Assembly: GCF_000021865.1 (NCBI RefSeq)
Contig: NC_014034.1
Coordinates: 2,460,001-2,492,000, forward strand
Reading direction: 5' to 3'
DNA from: Rhodobacter capsulatus SB 1003
GTDB lineage: Bacteria; Pseudomonadota; Alphaproteobacteria; Rhodobacterales; Rhodobacteraceae
Length of the DNA stretch: 32,000 nucleotides
Of this stretch, positions 1 to 6,980 are shown piece by piece (the stretch's first letter is position 1; each line of letters starts with the position of its first letter). Below the pieces are notes generated by a model, which ran no database searches, was not told the DNA's origin, and was given only the letters and a program-made list of their open reading frames with translations. Both the position numbers and the translations under genes were made by a program.

Positions 1-434
1 GCGCCGGTGGTGACGGCGGGCAGATCGACCATCTGTTGCGGCGCGGGCCCCGCCTCGGCGCGGGCGCCTTCCGCCACCGCGCCCGAAAGCTCGCGCGTGG
101 CGGCCTTCAACCCGGCAAACAGGCCCCGAAACGCCTTCATCACCTCCTGACTGTCGGCCCAGACCTTGGGCGCCTGATGCACCAGCTCGGCAATCAAAGG
201 TTGCAGCAGCAGCCCGAGCGTGCCGAAAGCCGCCAGCGTCAGCACGAGGCTGGCCGAGGCCCCCATCGCCGGGGAAAACCGCAGCCTTTCCCACAGATCC
301 GAGAGCGGCGAGAGCACGACGCCGACGACCAGCGCCAGCGCCATCGGCGCGGCAAGGTCGCGCAGCGCCGCAAGCGCGGCCACCGAGGCGATCAGCCCCA
401 GCGCGACAAGCGAAAGCTGCGCGGCCCGATCCAT
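1..434 (-). CDS. AI-2E family transporter (PerM-like permease), N-terminal part; the 3' end runs off the window
   Basis: My own minus-strand translation from ATG 434-432 gives MDRAAQLSLVALGLIASVAALAALRDLAAPMALALVVGVVLSPLSDLWERLRFSPAMGASASLVLTLAAFGTLGLLLQPLIAEL... It is multi-TM and hydrophobic with strong GC3 bias. It is absent from the ORF track because the window edge cuts it. It starts 9 nt after the upstream gene's stop (444-446). Confidence 0.5.
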   Translation of the reverse strand, partial: MDRAAQLSLVALGLIASVAALAALRDLAAPMALALVVGVVLSPLSDLWERLRFSPAMGASASLVLTLAAFGTLGLLLQPLIAELVHQAPKVWADSQEVMKAFRGLFAGLKAATRELSGAVAEGARAEAGPAPQQMVDLPAVTTG

Positions 435-443
435 CGCCGCCCC

Positions 444-1355
444 CTAGTGCCGCGCGGCGCCATTGCGCGCGGATTTCGGCCGGGGCCCCGGCTTCGCCCC
501 CGCCTCGGCCCTGCGCGCGGTCGCACGCGCGGCGTCCGTCTTGCGCGCCACCGCGGTCGAGACGGTTTCAAGCGTTTCCCCGGCGGCCTCGGCAACGGCC
601 TCGGCCTTGCCGCGCAGCGTCGGACGGTCGCGCCCGAACACCCGTCCGGCCTGCACCGCAAGCCCCGCAAGCGCCAGCGGCAGCACATATTTCAGCGCCG
701 GTCGGCTGTGCGACGACAGCGCCATCAGCCCCGCCCCCGCGGCGATGCCCGCGGCGCTTGCCGCCACCGGATGGCGCGCGGCGATGTCCTTGCCCTCCGC
801 AAGCCCCTGCCGCGCGGCGCGGCCGCCCGCCTCCATCGCCTCCCAGACCGATTGCCGGGCGGTGACGATCAGATCCGCGGCCTCGTCGCCCAGCCCCTCG
901 AGCCCGTGCCGGAAAGCCTCCGAGAGCTTGCGCGCCCTTTCGGCGGCGATATCGGCCTTGGCCTCGGCGCTGGCCTTGCCGGTTTCATACAGGGACAACA
1001 GCTCGTCCCGGGCGGCATCGCGGGCGGCCTCGGCGGCCGCAAGCCAGCGGTCGTCGTCCCAATCGAGCGTCTCGAAGACCGCGCCGCCCTCGTCTTCCCA
1101 GCGCGCCAGCGTCTCAGGATGCGGCGGGGTCGCGGCGGGGGCCTCCGGCTTGCGGCGCAACAGCGCGTAACCGGCCAGCGCCAGAACACCGGCCCCCAGC
1201 GCCCCGGCCCCCAGCGCCAGCGGCAGCGCCTTGGGCGCGCGCGGCGCGGCGGGTCCGCCGCCCAGGGCACCGGCAAGCGCACCCAGCTGCGAGCGCAGCG
1301 CGGTTTCCCGCGCGACAAGTTCCGCCGTCAGGCGACGTTTCGAGGAAAAGGTCAT
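444..1355 (-). CDS. Hypothetical Ala-rich membrane protein (303 aa); two hydrophobic segments, helical Ala/Glu/Arg-rich regions, WEDEGG motif
   Basis: Internal ATG at 1355-1353 of ORF 444..1739, preceded by GGAG (MTFSSKRRLTAELVARETALRSQL...). The ORF part upstream of this ATG is Gly/Arg/Ala junk. The gene follows the holin-X-like gene on the same strand. No family recognised with confidence. Confidence 0.6.
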   Translation of the reverse strand: MTFSSKRRLTAELVARETALRSQLGALAGALGGGPAAPRAPKALPLALGAGALGAGVLALAGYALLRRKPEAPAATPPHPETLARWEDEGGAVFETLDWDDDRWLAAAEAARDAARDELLSLYETGKASAEAKADIAAERARKLSEAFRHGLEGLGDEAADLIVTARQSVWEAMEAGGRAARQGLAEGKDIAARHPVAASAAGIAAGAGLMALSSHSRPALKYVLPLALAGLAVQAGRVFGRDRPTLRGKAEAVAEAAGETLETVSTAVARKTDAARATARRAEAGAKPGPRPKSARNGAARH

Positions 1356-1435
1356 CGGAGACTCCTTGGTTGATCCGGCCCTGGTTGATCCGGTCCCTTG
1401 CGGGCCGGGGATGGCATTTGACGAAAGAAGCGGGC

Positions 1436-1765
1436 TCAGCGGCCCAGGGCCCCGCGCAGCGCCCGCCCGGCCAAGAGCAGGATCACCAGCGAGAGCGCCG
1501 CCGCCCCCCCCGAGGCGAGGCCAAGCGCGGCGGGCAGGCTCCAGCCCGCCTGCTGCAGCTGCACGACGCTGGCCGCGAGGCCCAGCCCGATTGCCGCCAT
1601 GGCCAGCATCGTGGCCAGCAGGCTCAGCATCAGGCTGCCCAGGCCCAGACGCAGCCGCGCCTGCGCCTCGATCTGCCAGAGCCTCAGACGCAGCTGCGCC
1701 ATTTCCTGCGCCGCCAGACCGATCCGCGCCAGCAGCCACAGGGTTTCACGGACACCCGCGCTCAT
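1436..1765 (-). CDS. Small membrane protein resembling the 'phage holin family / Holin-X' class (109 aa, two TM helices)
   Basis: ORF 1436..1765: MSAGVRETLWLLARIGLAAQEMAQLRLRLWQIEAQARLRLGLGSLMLSLLATMLAMAAIGLGLAASVV... The ATG lies 3 nt after the stop of the upstream PLDc_N gene, which implies an operon. Confidence 0.55.
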   Translation of the reverse strand: MSAGVRETLWLLARIGLAAQEMAQLRLRLWQIEAQARLRLGLGSLMLSLLATMLAMAAIGLGLAASVVQLQQAGWSLPAALGLASGGAAALSLVILLLAGRALRGALGR

Positions 1766-1768
1766 CGC

Positions 1769-1966
1769 TCAGGCCGAGGCCGAGGAAGACCGCGGCCCGG
1801 CCAGCAGCCAGACGACGAAGCCAAGCACCGGCAAAAGCAGGATCAGAAGCACCCAAAGCAGCTTCTGCCCGGTGGAAACGCGCGCGCCCAGAACGGAAAT
1901 CAGCGCCCAGAGATCGAGCACCAGAACCAGAATGCCGCCAAGGCCGGTGTAGGGGATGTGATCCAT
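1769..1966 (-). CDS. PLDc_N domain small membrane protein (65 aa)
   Basis: ATG 1966-1964 inside shadow ORF 1769..4627, with a GAGGAAG RBS 6 nt upstream. Sequence MDHIPYTGLGGILVLVLDLWALISVLGARVSTGQKLLWVLLILLLPVLGFVVWLLAGPRSSSASA matches the typical PLDc_N pattern (DxWA...K..W.l.IlllPvlG...Yll.G). Confidence 0.7.
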   Translation of the reverse strand: MDHIPYTGLGGILVLVLDLWALISVLGARVSTGQKLLWVLLILLLPVLGFVVWLLAGPRSSSASA

Positions 1967-1995
1967 GTCGGTCTTCCTCGGATGGTTTCCTGTCC

Positions 1996-2021
1996 AACGC
2001 AGCGGATGGCCAAAGGGTTCC
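1996..2021 (-). promoter_or_regulatory. EcfG-type (general stress sigma) promoter for the PLDc_N/holin-X-like/membrane protein/AI-2E operon
   Basis: Minus strand reads GGAAC (2021-2017), a 17-nt spacer, then CGTT (1999-1996). The -10 lies about 30 nt upstream of ATG 1966, in the divergent spacer shared with the SLC13 gene. Confidence 0.6.
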
Positions 2022-2143
2022 GCGCAGCCCGCCGAAAACCGATATTCGGTATGCATGTCTGCGGTGCGAAAAATTCGCGACCGCGTGCAACCCGAGCGCC
2101 GGTTGCGGGGTTTTCCCCGGATGTTCAGACGCAAGGAGCCGCG

Positions 2144-3925
2144 ATGACCCAGCCGCAAATCCTGTTGTTCACGATTTTCGCCGCCGTGGTGGCGGCGATG
2201 GTTCACGGCCGGTTGCGGCCCGATCTGGTGGCCTTTGCGGGCCTGCTGGCGGGGGTGCTGGCCGGTGTCGTCCCCGCCGAGACGGCGTTTTCGGGCTTTG
2301 CCCATCCGGCGGTGATGACGGTGGCGCTGGTTCTGGTGGTCTCGGCGGGGTTGACGCGGACCGGGGCGATCAGCGCGCTGGCGCGGCTTCTGTCGAACCC
2401 GGCGCTGCCGGTCAGCCTGCATGTGGCGCGGCTGGGGGTGGTCGGCGGGGTGCTTTCGAGCGTGATGAACAATGTCACCGCGCTGGCGCTTTTGATGCCC
2501 GTCGACATCGCCACGGCGCGCAAGGCCCGGCGCGCGGCCGGGCTGACGCTGATGCCGCTCGCCTTTGCCACGGTGCTGGGCGGTCTGGTGACGCTGATCG
2601 GCACGCCGCCCAATCTGATCATCTCGGGGCTGCGCGAGGGCCATTCGGGCGCGGGCTTCGGCTTTTTCGATTTCCTGCCGGTGGGGGGGATCGTCGCGGT
2701 TGCGGGGATCCTGTTTCTGGCCCTCTTCGGCTGGCGGCTGCTTCCCCGGCGCGCCACCGGGGGGGATGCGAGCGCGCCGCCCGAGGCGCTGATGCGGGGC
2801 TATCTGGCGGAACTCGTGGTGCCGGAAAAGGCGCGGGTGCTGGGCCGGAGCCGGGCCGAATTGGCCGCGCTCTGCGAGGGCTGCGAGGCGACGCTGGTCG
2901 CCATTCAGCGGCGCGGGCGGCGCGTGCATGGGCCGGACCGCCGGGTGACGCTGGAGCTGGGCGACATCCTGCTGATCGAGGCGGTGCCGACGCGGCTGGA
3001 AGAGCTGCGGCTGGAGATGGGTCTGGCCTATCCCGACGGGCTTTCGGCCGATGCGCCGCGGATCGCGGGCACGGGCGAGGAGATGGTCGAGATGGTGGTG
3101 GGCGCGGGCAGCAGGCTGCGCGGCCGCTCTGCGCGGCAGGCGCGTCTGGCGCAGGATCATGACGCCGTGCTTCTGGGCATCTTGCGGCAGGGCCGGATGC
3201 TGCGCGCCCGCCCCCGCGACACCGCGCTGGCAACCGGGGATATCCTGCTTCTGCTTTTGCCCGAGGGGCGGGCCGAGGCGCTGGCGGCGCCCCTGCGGCT
3301 GTTGCCCCTCGACGGGCGCGAGACGGTGATGCAGGAGGGCCGCGCGGTTCTGGCGGCGGGGCTTTTCGCGGCGGCGATCCTTGCGGCAAGTCTGGGTCTG
3401 ACCTCGATGCCGGTGGCCTTGGGGGTGGTCGTCGTGGGCTATCTGGTGACGGGGATCCTGAACCTCGACACGCTTTATGACAGCATCGACGGGCCGGTGA
3501 TCGTGCTTCTGGCGGCGCTGACGCCGCTTGGCGCGGCGATCGACAGCACCGGCGGCTCGGCGCTGCTGGCGGGCTGGCTGGGCGCGGCGACGGCGGGGCT
3601 GCCTGCCTGGGTCGGGCTGGCGGTGCTGATGGTGGCGACGATGACCGTTTCGGATCTGCTCAACAACAATGCCACCGCGATCATCGCCGCGCCGGTGGGG
3701 CTGCGGCTGGCCGAGGCGACGCAGACCAATCCCGACGCCTATCTGATGGCGGTGGCGCTGGGGGCATCCTGCGCCTTTCTGACGCCGATCGGGCATCAGA
3801 ACAACACGCTGGTGATGGGCCCCGGGGGCTATCGCTTCGGCGATTACTGGCGGATCGGCCTGCCGCTGGAGATGGTCTGCCTGGCCGTCGGCCTGCCCGC
3901 GATCCTGATCTTCTGGCCGCTCTGA
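2144..3925 (+). CDS. SLC13/DASS-type permease with two central TrkA-C (RCK_C) domains (593 aa)
   Basis: ATG 2144 preceded by AAGGAG (2133-2138). MTQPQILLFTIFAAVVAAMVHGRLRPDLVAFAGLL... has TM blocks on both sides of two soluble repeats (LAELVVPEKARVLGRS..., MVEMVVGAGSRLRGRSARQ...). The C-terminal NNNATAIIAAPV motif is typical of this family. Confidence 0.85.
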   Translation: MTQPQILLFTIFAAVVAAMVHGRLRPDLVAFAGLLAGVLAGVVPAETAFSGFAHPAVMTVALVLVVSAGLTRTGAISALARLLSNPALPVSLHVARLGVVGGVLSSVMNNVTALALLMPVDIATARKARRAAGLTLMPLAFATVLGGLVTLIGTPPNLIISGLREGHSGAGFGFFDFLPVGGIVAVAGILFLALFGWRLLPRRATGGDASAPPEALMRGYLAELVVPEKARVLGRSRAELAALCEGCEATLVAIQRRGRRVHGPDRRVTLELGDILLIEAVPTRLEELRLEMGLAYPDGLSADAPRIAGTGEEMVEMVVGAGSRLRGRSARQARLAQDHDAVLLGILRQGRMLRARPRDTALATGDILLLLLPEGRAEALAAPLRLLPLDGRETVMQEGRAVLAAGLFAAAILAASLGLTSMPVALGVVVVGYLVTGILNLDTLYDSIDGPVIVLLAALTPLGAAIDSTGGSALLAGWLGAATAGLPAWVGLAVLMVATMTVSDLLNNNATAIIAAPVGLRLAEATQTNPDAYLMAVALGASCAFLTPIGHQNNTLVMGPGGYRFGDYWRIGLPLEMVCLAVGLPAILIFWPL

Positions 3926-3962
3926 CGCGGCGTCTTCGGGGGAACGGCCGGGGCTTTCCGCG

Positions 3963-3997
3963 CGCCCGCCCGCGTCTTTTCTTGACGCGGGCGGGCG
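3963..3997 (+). terminator. 12-bp perfect GC hairpin downstream of the SLC13 gene (possible terminator, no clear U-tract)
   Basis: CGCCCGCCCGCG (3963-3974), an 11-nt T-rich loop, then CGCGGGCGGGCG (3986-3997). Confidence 0.35.
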
Positions 3998-4042
3998 GCA
4001 GCGCATCTGATGGGCAGATCCACCGCCATCACAGGAGCCCCC

Positions 4043-4603
4043 ATGTCGCCCCCCCATGATATCGCCGTGATCGTCGGCTCGATCCGCAAGGGCTCGCTGA
4101 CCCGGCAGCTGGCCGAGGCGCTGATCGCGCTGGCGCCCGAAAGCCTGCGGCTGCGCCTTGTCGAAATCGGCGATCTGGCGCTTTTCAACCCCGATCTGGA
4201 CGAGGGCACGCCGCCCGAAAGCTGGACGCATTTTCGCGCCGCGATCGCATCGGCCGACGGCATCCTGTTCGTGACGCCCGAGCACAACCGCTCGATCCCC
4301 GCGGCGCTGAAGAACGCGCTCGATATCGGCTCGCGGCCCTGGGGCAAGAACCATTGGGCGGGCAAGCCTGCGGCGGTGGTGTCGGGCTCTCCGGGGGCTT
4401 TGGGCGGCTTTGGTGCGAACCATCAGCTGCGGCAGATCCTTGTCGTGCTCGACATGCCCGCGATGGCGCAGCCCGAGGCCTATCTGGGGCATCTGGGCCA
4501 GGCCTTCGATGCCGGGGGAAACCTGACCGAGGACCGCACCCGGGCGCATCTGCAGGCGGTGATGCAGGCCTTTGCCGGCTGGGTCGCGCGTCAGGCCGCC
4601 TGA
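4043..4603 (+). CDS. NADPH-dependent FMN reductase (ChrR/YieF-like flavoprotein, 186 aa)
   Basis: ATG 4043 with an AGGAG RBS (4033-4037). MSPPHDIAVIVGSIRKGSLTRQLAEALIALAP...GILFVTPEHNRSIPAALKNALD fits the family signature. Confidence 0.8.
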   Translation: MSPPHDIAVIVGSIRKGSLTRQLAEALIALAPESLRLRLVEIGDLALFNPDLDEGTPPESWTHFRAAIASADGILFVTPEHNRSIPAALKNALDIGSRPWGKNHWAGKPAAVVSGSPGALGGFGANHQLRQILVVLDMPAMAQPEAYLGHLGQAFDAGGNLTEDRTRAHLQAVMQAFAGWVARQAA

Positions 4604-4649
4604 TCGGGCCCCGCCCCGGTCCCCCAAGGCAAAGGGACGACAGCAAAAC

Positions 4650-4668
4650 GGGGGGGCGATGCCCCCCC
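4650..4668. terminator. G-run/C-run hairpin between convergent genes (bidirectional terminator)
   Basis: GGGGGGGC-gat-GCCCCCCC. On the minus strand it is followed by GTTTTGCTG, after the stop of the 4693 gene. Confidence 0.6.
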
Positions 4669-4692
4669 GAGATCCTTTCCGTGCCGGTCGGC

Positions 4693-5172
4693 TCAGTCAA
4701 GCCGCGCGGCCACCTCGTCGGCAAAGGTGTTCACCATCGCCAGGTAATAGGCCTTGGCATCGGTAAAGGCGCCCTTCTTCAGCTTGCCATCGGCGTCCAG
4801 CGCGTTCAGCGTCGTCGCATCCACCGTCAGGTCATAGCTGTCGAATTTCGAATTGTCGCTCTGGCTGGTGACATGCACCTTGCCCGCCAGCCGGGCCTGG
4901 GCGACATCGGTGATTTCCTCGAAAGTGTTGGCCATCGACAGCTCGTCGATGTCGACGGTCACCTTGGCGCCCTCGTCGGCAAGCTGGTCGGCCAGCCGTT
5001 CGGTGATCGCGGCCTTCAGGTCATAGGCCAGATGGCCCCAGTAAAGCGCGGCCTTCGGGTTCGAGATCGCGGTCAGATCGGCCTGGACGTCGATTTCCTG
5101 CACCGGGGTCGCGGCGATGGCAGCGGTGCCCAGAAAGAGGGCGGTGGTGGCGGCAAGAACCTTGCGGATCAT
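4693..5172 (-). CDS. Secreted/periplasmic hypothetical protein (159 aa) with a signal peptide
   Basis: ATG 5172-5170 within ORF 4693..5244, with an AAGGAAA RBS. MIRKVLAATTALFLGTAAIAATPVQEID... is a classic signal peptide. No family recognised. Confidence 0.65.
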   Translation of the reverse strand: MIRKVLAATTALFLGTAAIAATPVQEIDVQADLTAISNPKAALYWGHLAYDLKAAITERLADQLADEGAKVTVDIDELSMANTFEEITDVAQARLAGKVHVTSQSDNSKFDSYDLTVDATTLNALDADGKLKKGAFTDAKAYYLAMVNTFADEVAARLD

Positions 5173-5225
5173 GTTCAGTTTTCCTTTCGCATGAATGCCG
5201 ATGTCTTCGGCGTCAGTAAGGAAGA

Positions 5226-5250
5226 AACGCATCAGCCCGGACATGGTTCC
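5226..5250 (-). promoter_or_regulatory. EcfG-type promoter for the secreted protein gene
   Basis: Minus strand reads GGAAC (5250-5246), a 16-nt spacer, then CGTT (5229-5226). The -10 lies about 54 nt upstream of ATG 5172. Confidence 0.6.
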
Positions 5251-5274
5251 GAAATATTTCGCAACGCCTTGGAC

Positions 5275-5309
5275 AAAAAGAAAAAACCCGCCGGGATGCG
5301 GCGGGTTTT
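5275..5309 (-). terminator. Rho-independent terminator of phyR
   Basis: Minus strand: stem CCCGCCG, a 5-nt loop, CGGCGGG, extended by A:T pairs, then TTTTTTCTTTTTG. It lies 22 nt after the phyR stop (5331). Confidence 0.75.
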
Positions 5310-5330
5310 CGGCGCGAGGACGGGGGCCGG

Positions 5331-6140
5331 TCAGCCTACGAGCGTCTCGGTGGAGGCAAAGAACATCGCCTGGCTGACCGCCGAGCGGACCTGTTCCTCC
5401 GAGAAGGGCTTGGTGATCAGAAAGGCCGGTTCGGGCTTTTCGCCGGTCAGCAGAAGCGTCGGGAAGGCGGTGATGAAGATCACCGGCACCGGGCCGATTT
5501 CCTTCAGGATGTCATTGACCGCATCGATGCCCGAAGAGGCATCGGCCAGCTGGATGTCGGACAGGATCAGGTCGGGGCGCTGCTTGGCGGCCAGGGTCAC
5601 CGCCTCGGCGCGGGTGCGGGCGATGCCGGTGACGCGATGGCCGATGCCCGCGACGATATCGGCCAGATCCATCGCGATGATCGCCTCGTCCTCGATCACC
5701 ATCACCCGGCCCGAGACCGCCGCCGCCATCTCGCGGTTCGCGGCGGCGATGAGGGAACCCACCTCCTCCGGCTCGACCTGCATGATCGCGCCGATCTCGG
5801 CGGTGTCGAACCCCTCGATCGTGTGCAGCAAAAGCGCCTCGCGCGAGTTCGGCGTCAGCCCCGCCATCAGCGCCTGCGCCCGCGCGGCAAGCCCCTCCTC
5901 CGGCACCGCCGTCGGCGCCCCGGCGCTGGCCCAGACCAGATGGAAGGCGTGAAACAGCCCGACCTTGGGCCGCGCGGCCGCCTCGATCACCCCGGGATCG
6001 ACCAGCAGGCTTTCCAGCGTCGCCACCGCATAGGCATCGCCGCTGCTCTGGTTGCCGGTCAGCGCGCGGGCGTAGCGGCGCAGATAGGGCAGCTCGGCGG
6101 CAATCGCCTGCGACAGATCGAGGGGGGCGGTGCTCGTCAT
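5331..6140 (-). CDS. phyR: PhyR, anti-anti-sigma response regulator of the general stress response (sigma-like N-domain plus receiver; 269 aa)
   Basis: ATG 6140-6138 with a GGAGAA RBS. MTSTAPLDLSQAIAAELPYLRRYARALTGNQSSGDAY... is the sigma-like domain. It is followed by the receiver domain VMVIEDEAIIAMDLADIV...DLILSDIQLADASSGIDAV...ITKPF. Confidence 0.9.
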   Translation of the reverse strand: MTSTAPLDLSQAIAAELPYLRRYARALTGNQSSGDAYAVATLESLLVDPGVIEAAARPKVGLFHAFHLVWASAGAPTAVPEEGLAARAQALMAGLTPNSREALLLHTIEGFDTAEIGAIMQVEPEEVGSLIAAANREMAAAVSGRVMVIEDEAIIAMDLADIVAGIGHRVTGIARTRAEAVTLAAKQRPDLILSDIQLADASSGIDAVNDILKEIGPVPVIFITAFPTLLLTGEKPEPAFLITKPFSEEQVRSAVSQAMFFASTETLVG

Positions 6141-6169
6141 CGTTTTCTCCCAAAAAACGCGTTTTCCGG

Positions 6170-6194
6170 GGAACCAACGCGTGACAGGCGCGTT
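6170..6194 (+). promoter_or_regulatory. EcfG-type promoter for nepR-ecfG-kinase
   Basis: GGAAC (6170-6174), a 16-nt spacer, then CGTT (6191-6194). Confidence 0.65.
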
Positions 6195-6200
6195 GGTTCC
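6176..6200 (-). promoter_or_regulatory. EcfG-type promoter for phyR, overlapping the nepR promoter on the opposite strand
   Basis: Minus strand reads GGAAC (6200-6196), a 16-nt spacer, then CGTT (6179-6176). Confidence 0.65.
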
Positions 6201-6231
6201 CTGAAGAGTGACGCAGGCGGCGAGAAAGATC

Positions 6232-6414
6232 ATGGCAGAGGACAAGAGCAGGCAAAACCGGCGCGACGCGCGGGCCGACACACGGGCCGAAGGGCTGCGC
6301 CGCGACATCGACGAGAATTTGAAGCGCGTCTTCGAAGCCTCGCTCGACCCGGAAATTCCGGATCGGTTCAAGGACTTGCTGGCGCAGCTGAAAGCGCGCG
6401 GGGCGAGCCGATGA
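6232..6414 (+). CDS. nepR: NepR anti-sigma factor (60 aa)
   Basis: MAEDKSRQNRRDARADTRAEGLRRDIDENLKRVFEASLDPEIPDRFKDLLAQLKARGASR. It is a small basic protein with the NepR-type C-terminal helix, placed directly upstream of ecfG. The alternative start at 6208 would be almost leaderless given the predicted promoter. Confidence 0.75.
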   Translation: MAEDKSRQNRRDARADTRAEGLRRDIDENLKRVFEASLDPEIPDRFKDLLAQLKARGASR

Positions 6415-6980
6415 CCGGGCCCGATCTGCGCGCGGATCCGCGGGACGAGCTGGCCACCCATATCCCGGCGCTGCGGGCCTTTGCGATTTCGCTGACCCGC
6501 AATGTCACCGAGGCCGACGATCTGGTGCAGGAAACGATCCTGAAGGCCTGGGGCAATTTCGACAAGTTCCTTCCGGGCTCGGATCTGCGGGCCTGGCTCT
6601 TCACCATCCTGCGCAACACCTTTTATTCGGCGCGGCGCAAGACCCGGCGCGAGGTGGCGGACCCCGATGGCCTGCACGCCGGCACGCTGGTCACCCATCC
6701 CGCGCATGACGGCCGCCTTGCGATGGCCGATTTCACCCGCGCCTTCGATCAGCTCTCCGCCGAACACCGCGAGGTGCTGATCCTGGTCGGCGCGAACGGC
6801 TATTCCTACGAGGAGGCAGCCGCGATGATGGGCGTGGCCACCGGCACGGCGAAAAGCCGGGCGAACCGGGCGCGGGCGCGGCTGTGCGAGCTGCTCGGTC
6901 TGGCCGAGGGGGAGACGGTGCTGATCCCGTCCTCCTCGGCCGGGGCGGCGGCACCGGGGATGGGGCCGCAGGCGGCATGA
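6411..6980 (+). CDS. ecfG: ECF sigma factor EcfG (general stress sigma; 189 aa)
   Basis: ATG 6411 overlaps the nepR stop as ATGA. Region 2 reads DDLVQETILKAWGNFDKFLPGSDLRAWLFTILRNTFYS. Region 4 reads REVLILVGANGYSYEEAAAMMGVATGTAKSRANRAR. Confidence 0.85.
   Translation: MTGPDLRADPRDELATHIPALRAFAISLTRNVTEADDLVQETILKAWGNFDKFLPGSDLRAWLFTILRNTFYSARRKTRREVADPDGLHAGTLVTHPAHDGRLAMADFTRAFDQLSAEHREVLILVGANGYSYEEAAAMMGVATGTAKSRANRARARLCELLGLAEGETVLIPSSSAGAAAPGMGPQAA

Noticed and set aside
36-1373. 445-aa plus-strand ORF and several overlapping ORFs at the left end (220-447, 392-688, 463-1170, 869-1318, 1231-3162)
   Set aside because: They are extremely Arg/Pro/Gly-rich and overlap the better-supported minus-strand operon, which has RBSs, tight spacing and membrane-protein profiles.
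1436-1765. The 'phage holin family' resemblance as evidence for a prophage or lysis cassette
   Set aside because: No endolysin, spanin, capsid, tail, integrase or att-like repeats are nearby. The gene sits in an EcfG-promoter operon with housekeeping-type membrane proteins.
1769-4627. 952-aa ORF on the minus strand spanning the SLC13 permease and FMN reductase genes
   Set aside because: It is Arg/Gly/Pro/Gln-rich low-complexity translation lying antisense to convincing genes. This is a typical shadow ORF of a high-GC3 genome. Only its last 65 codons (1769-1966, PLDc_N protein) are real.
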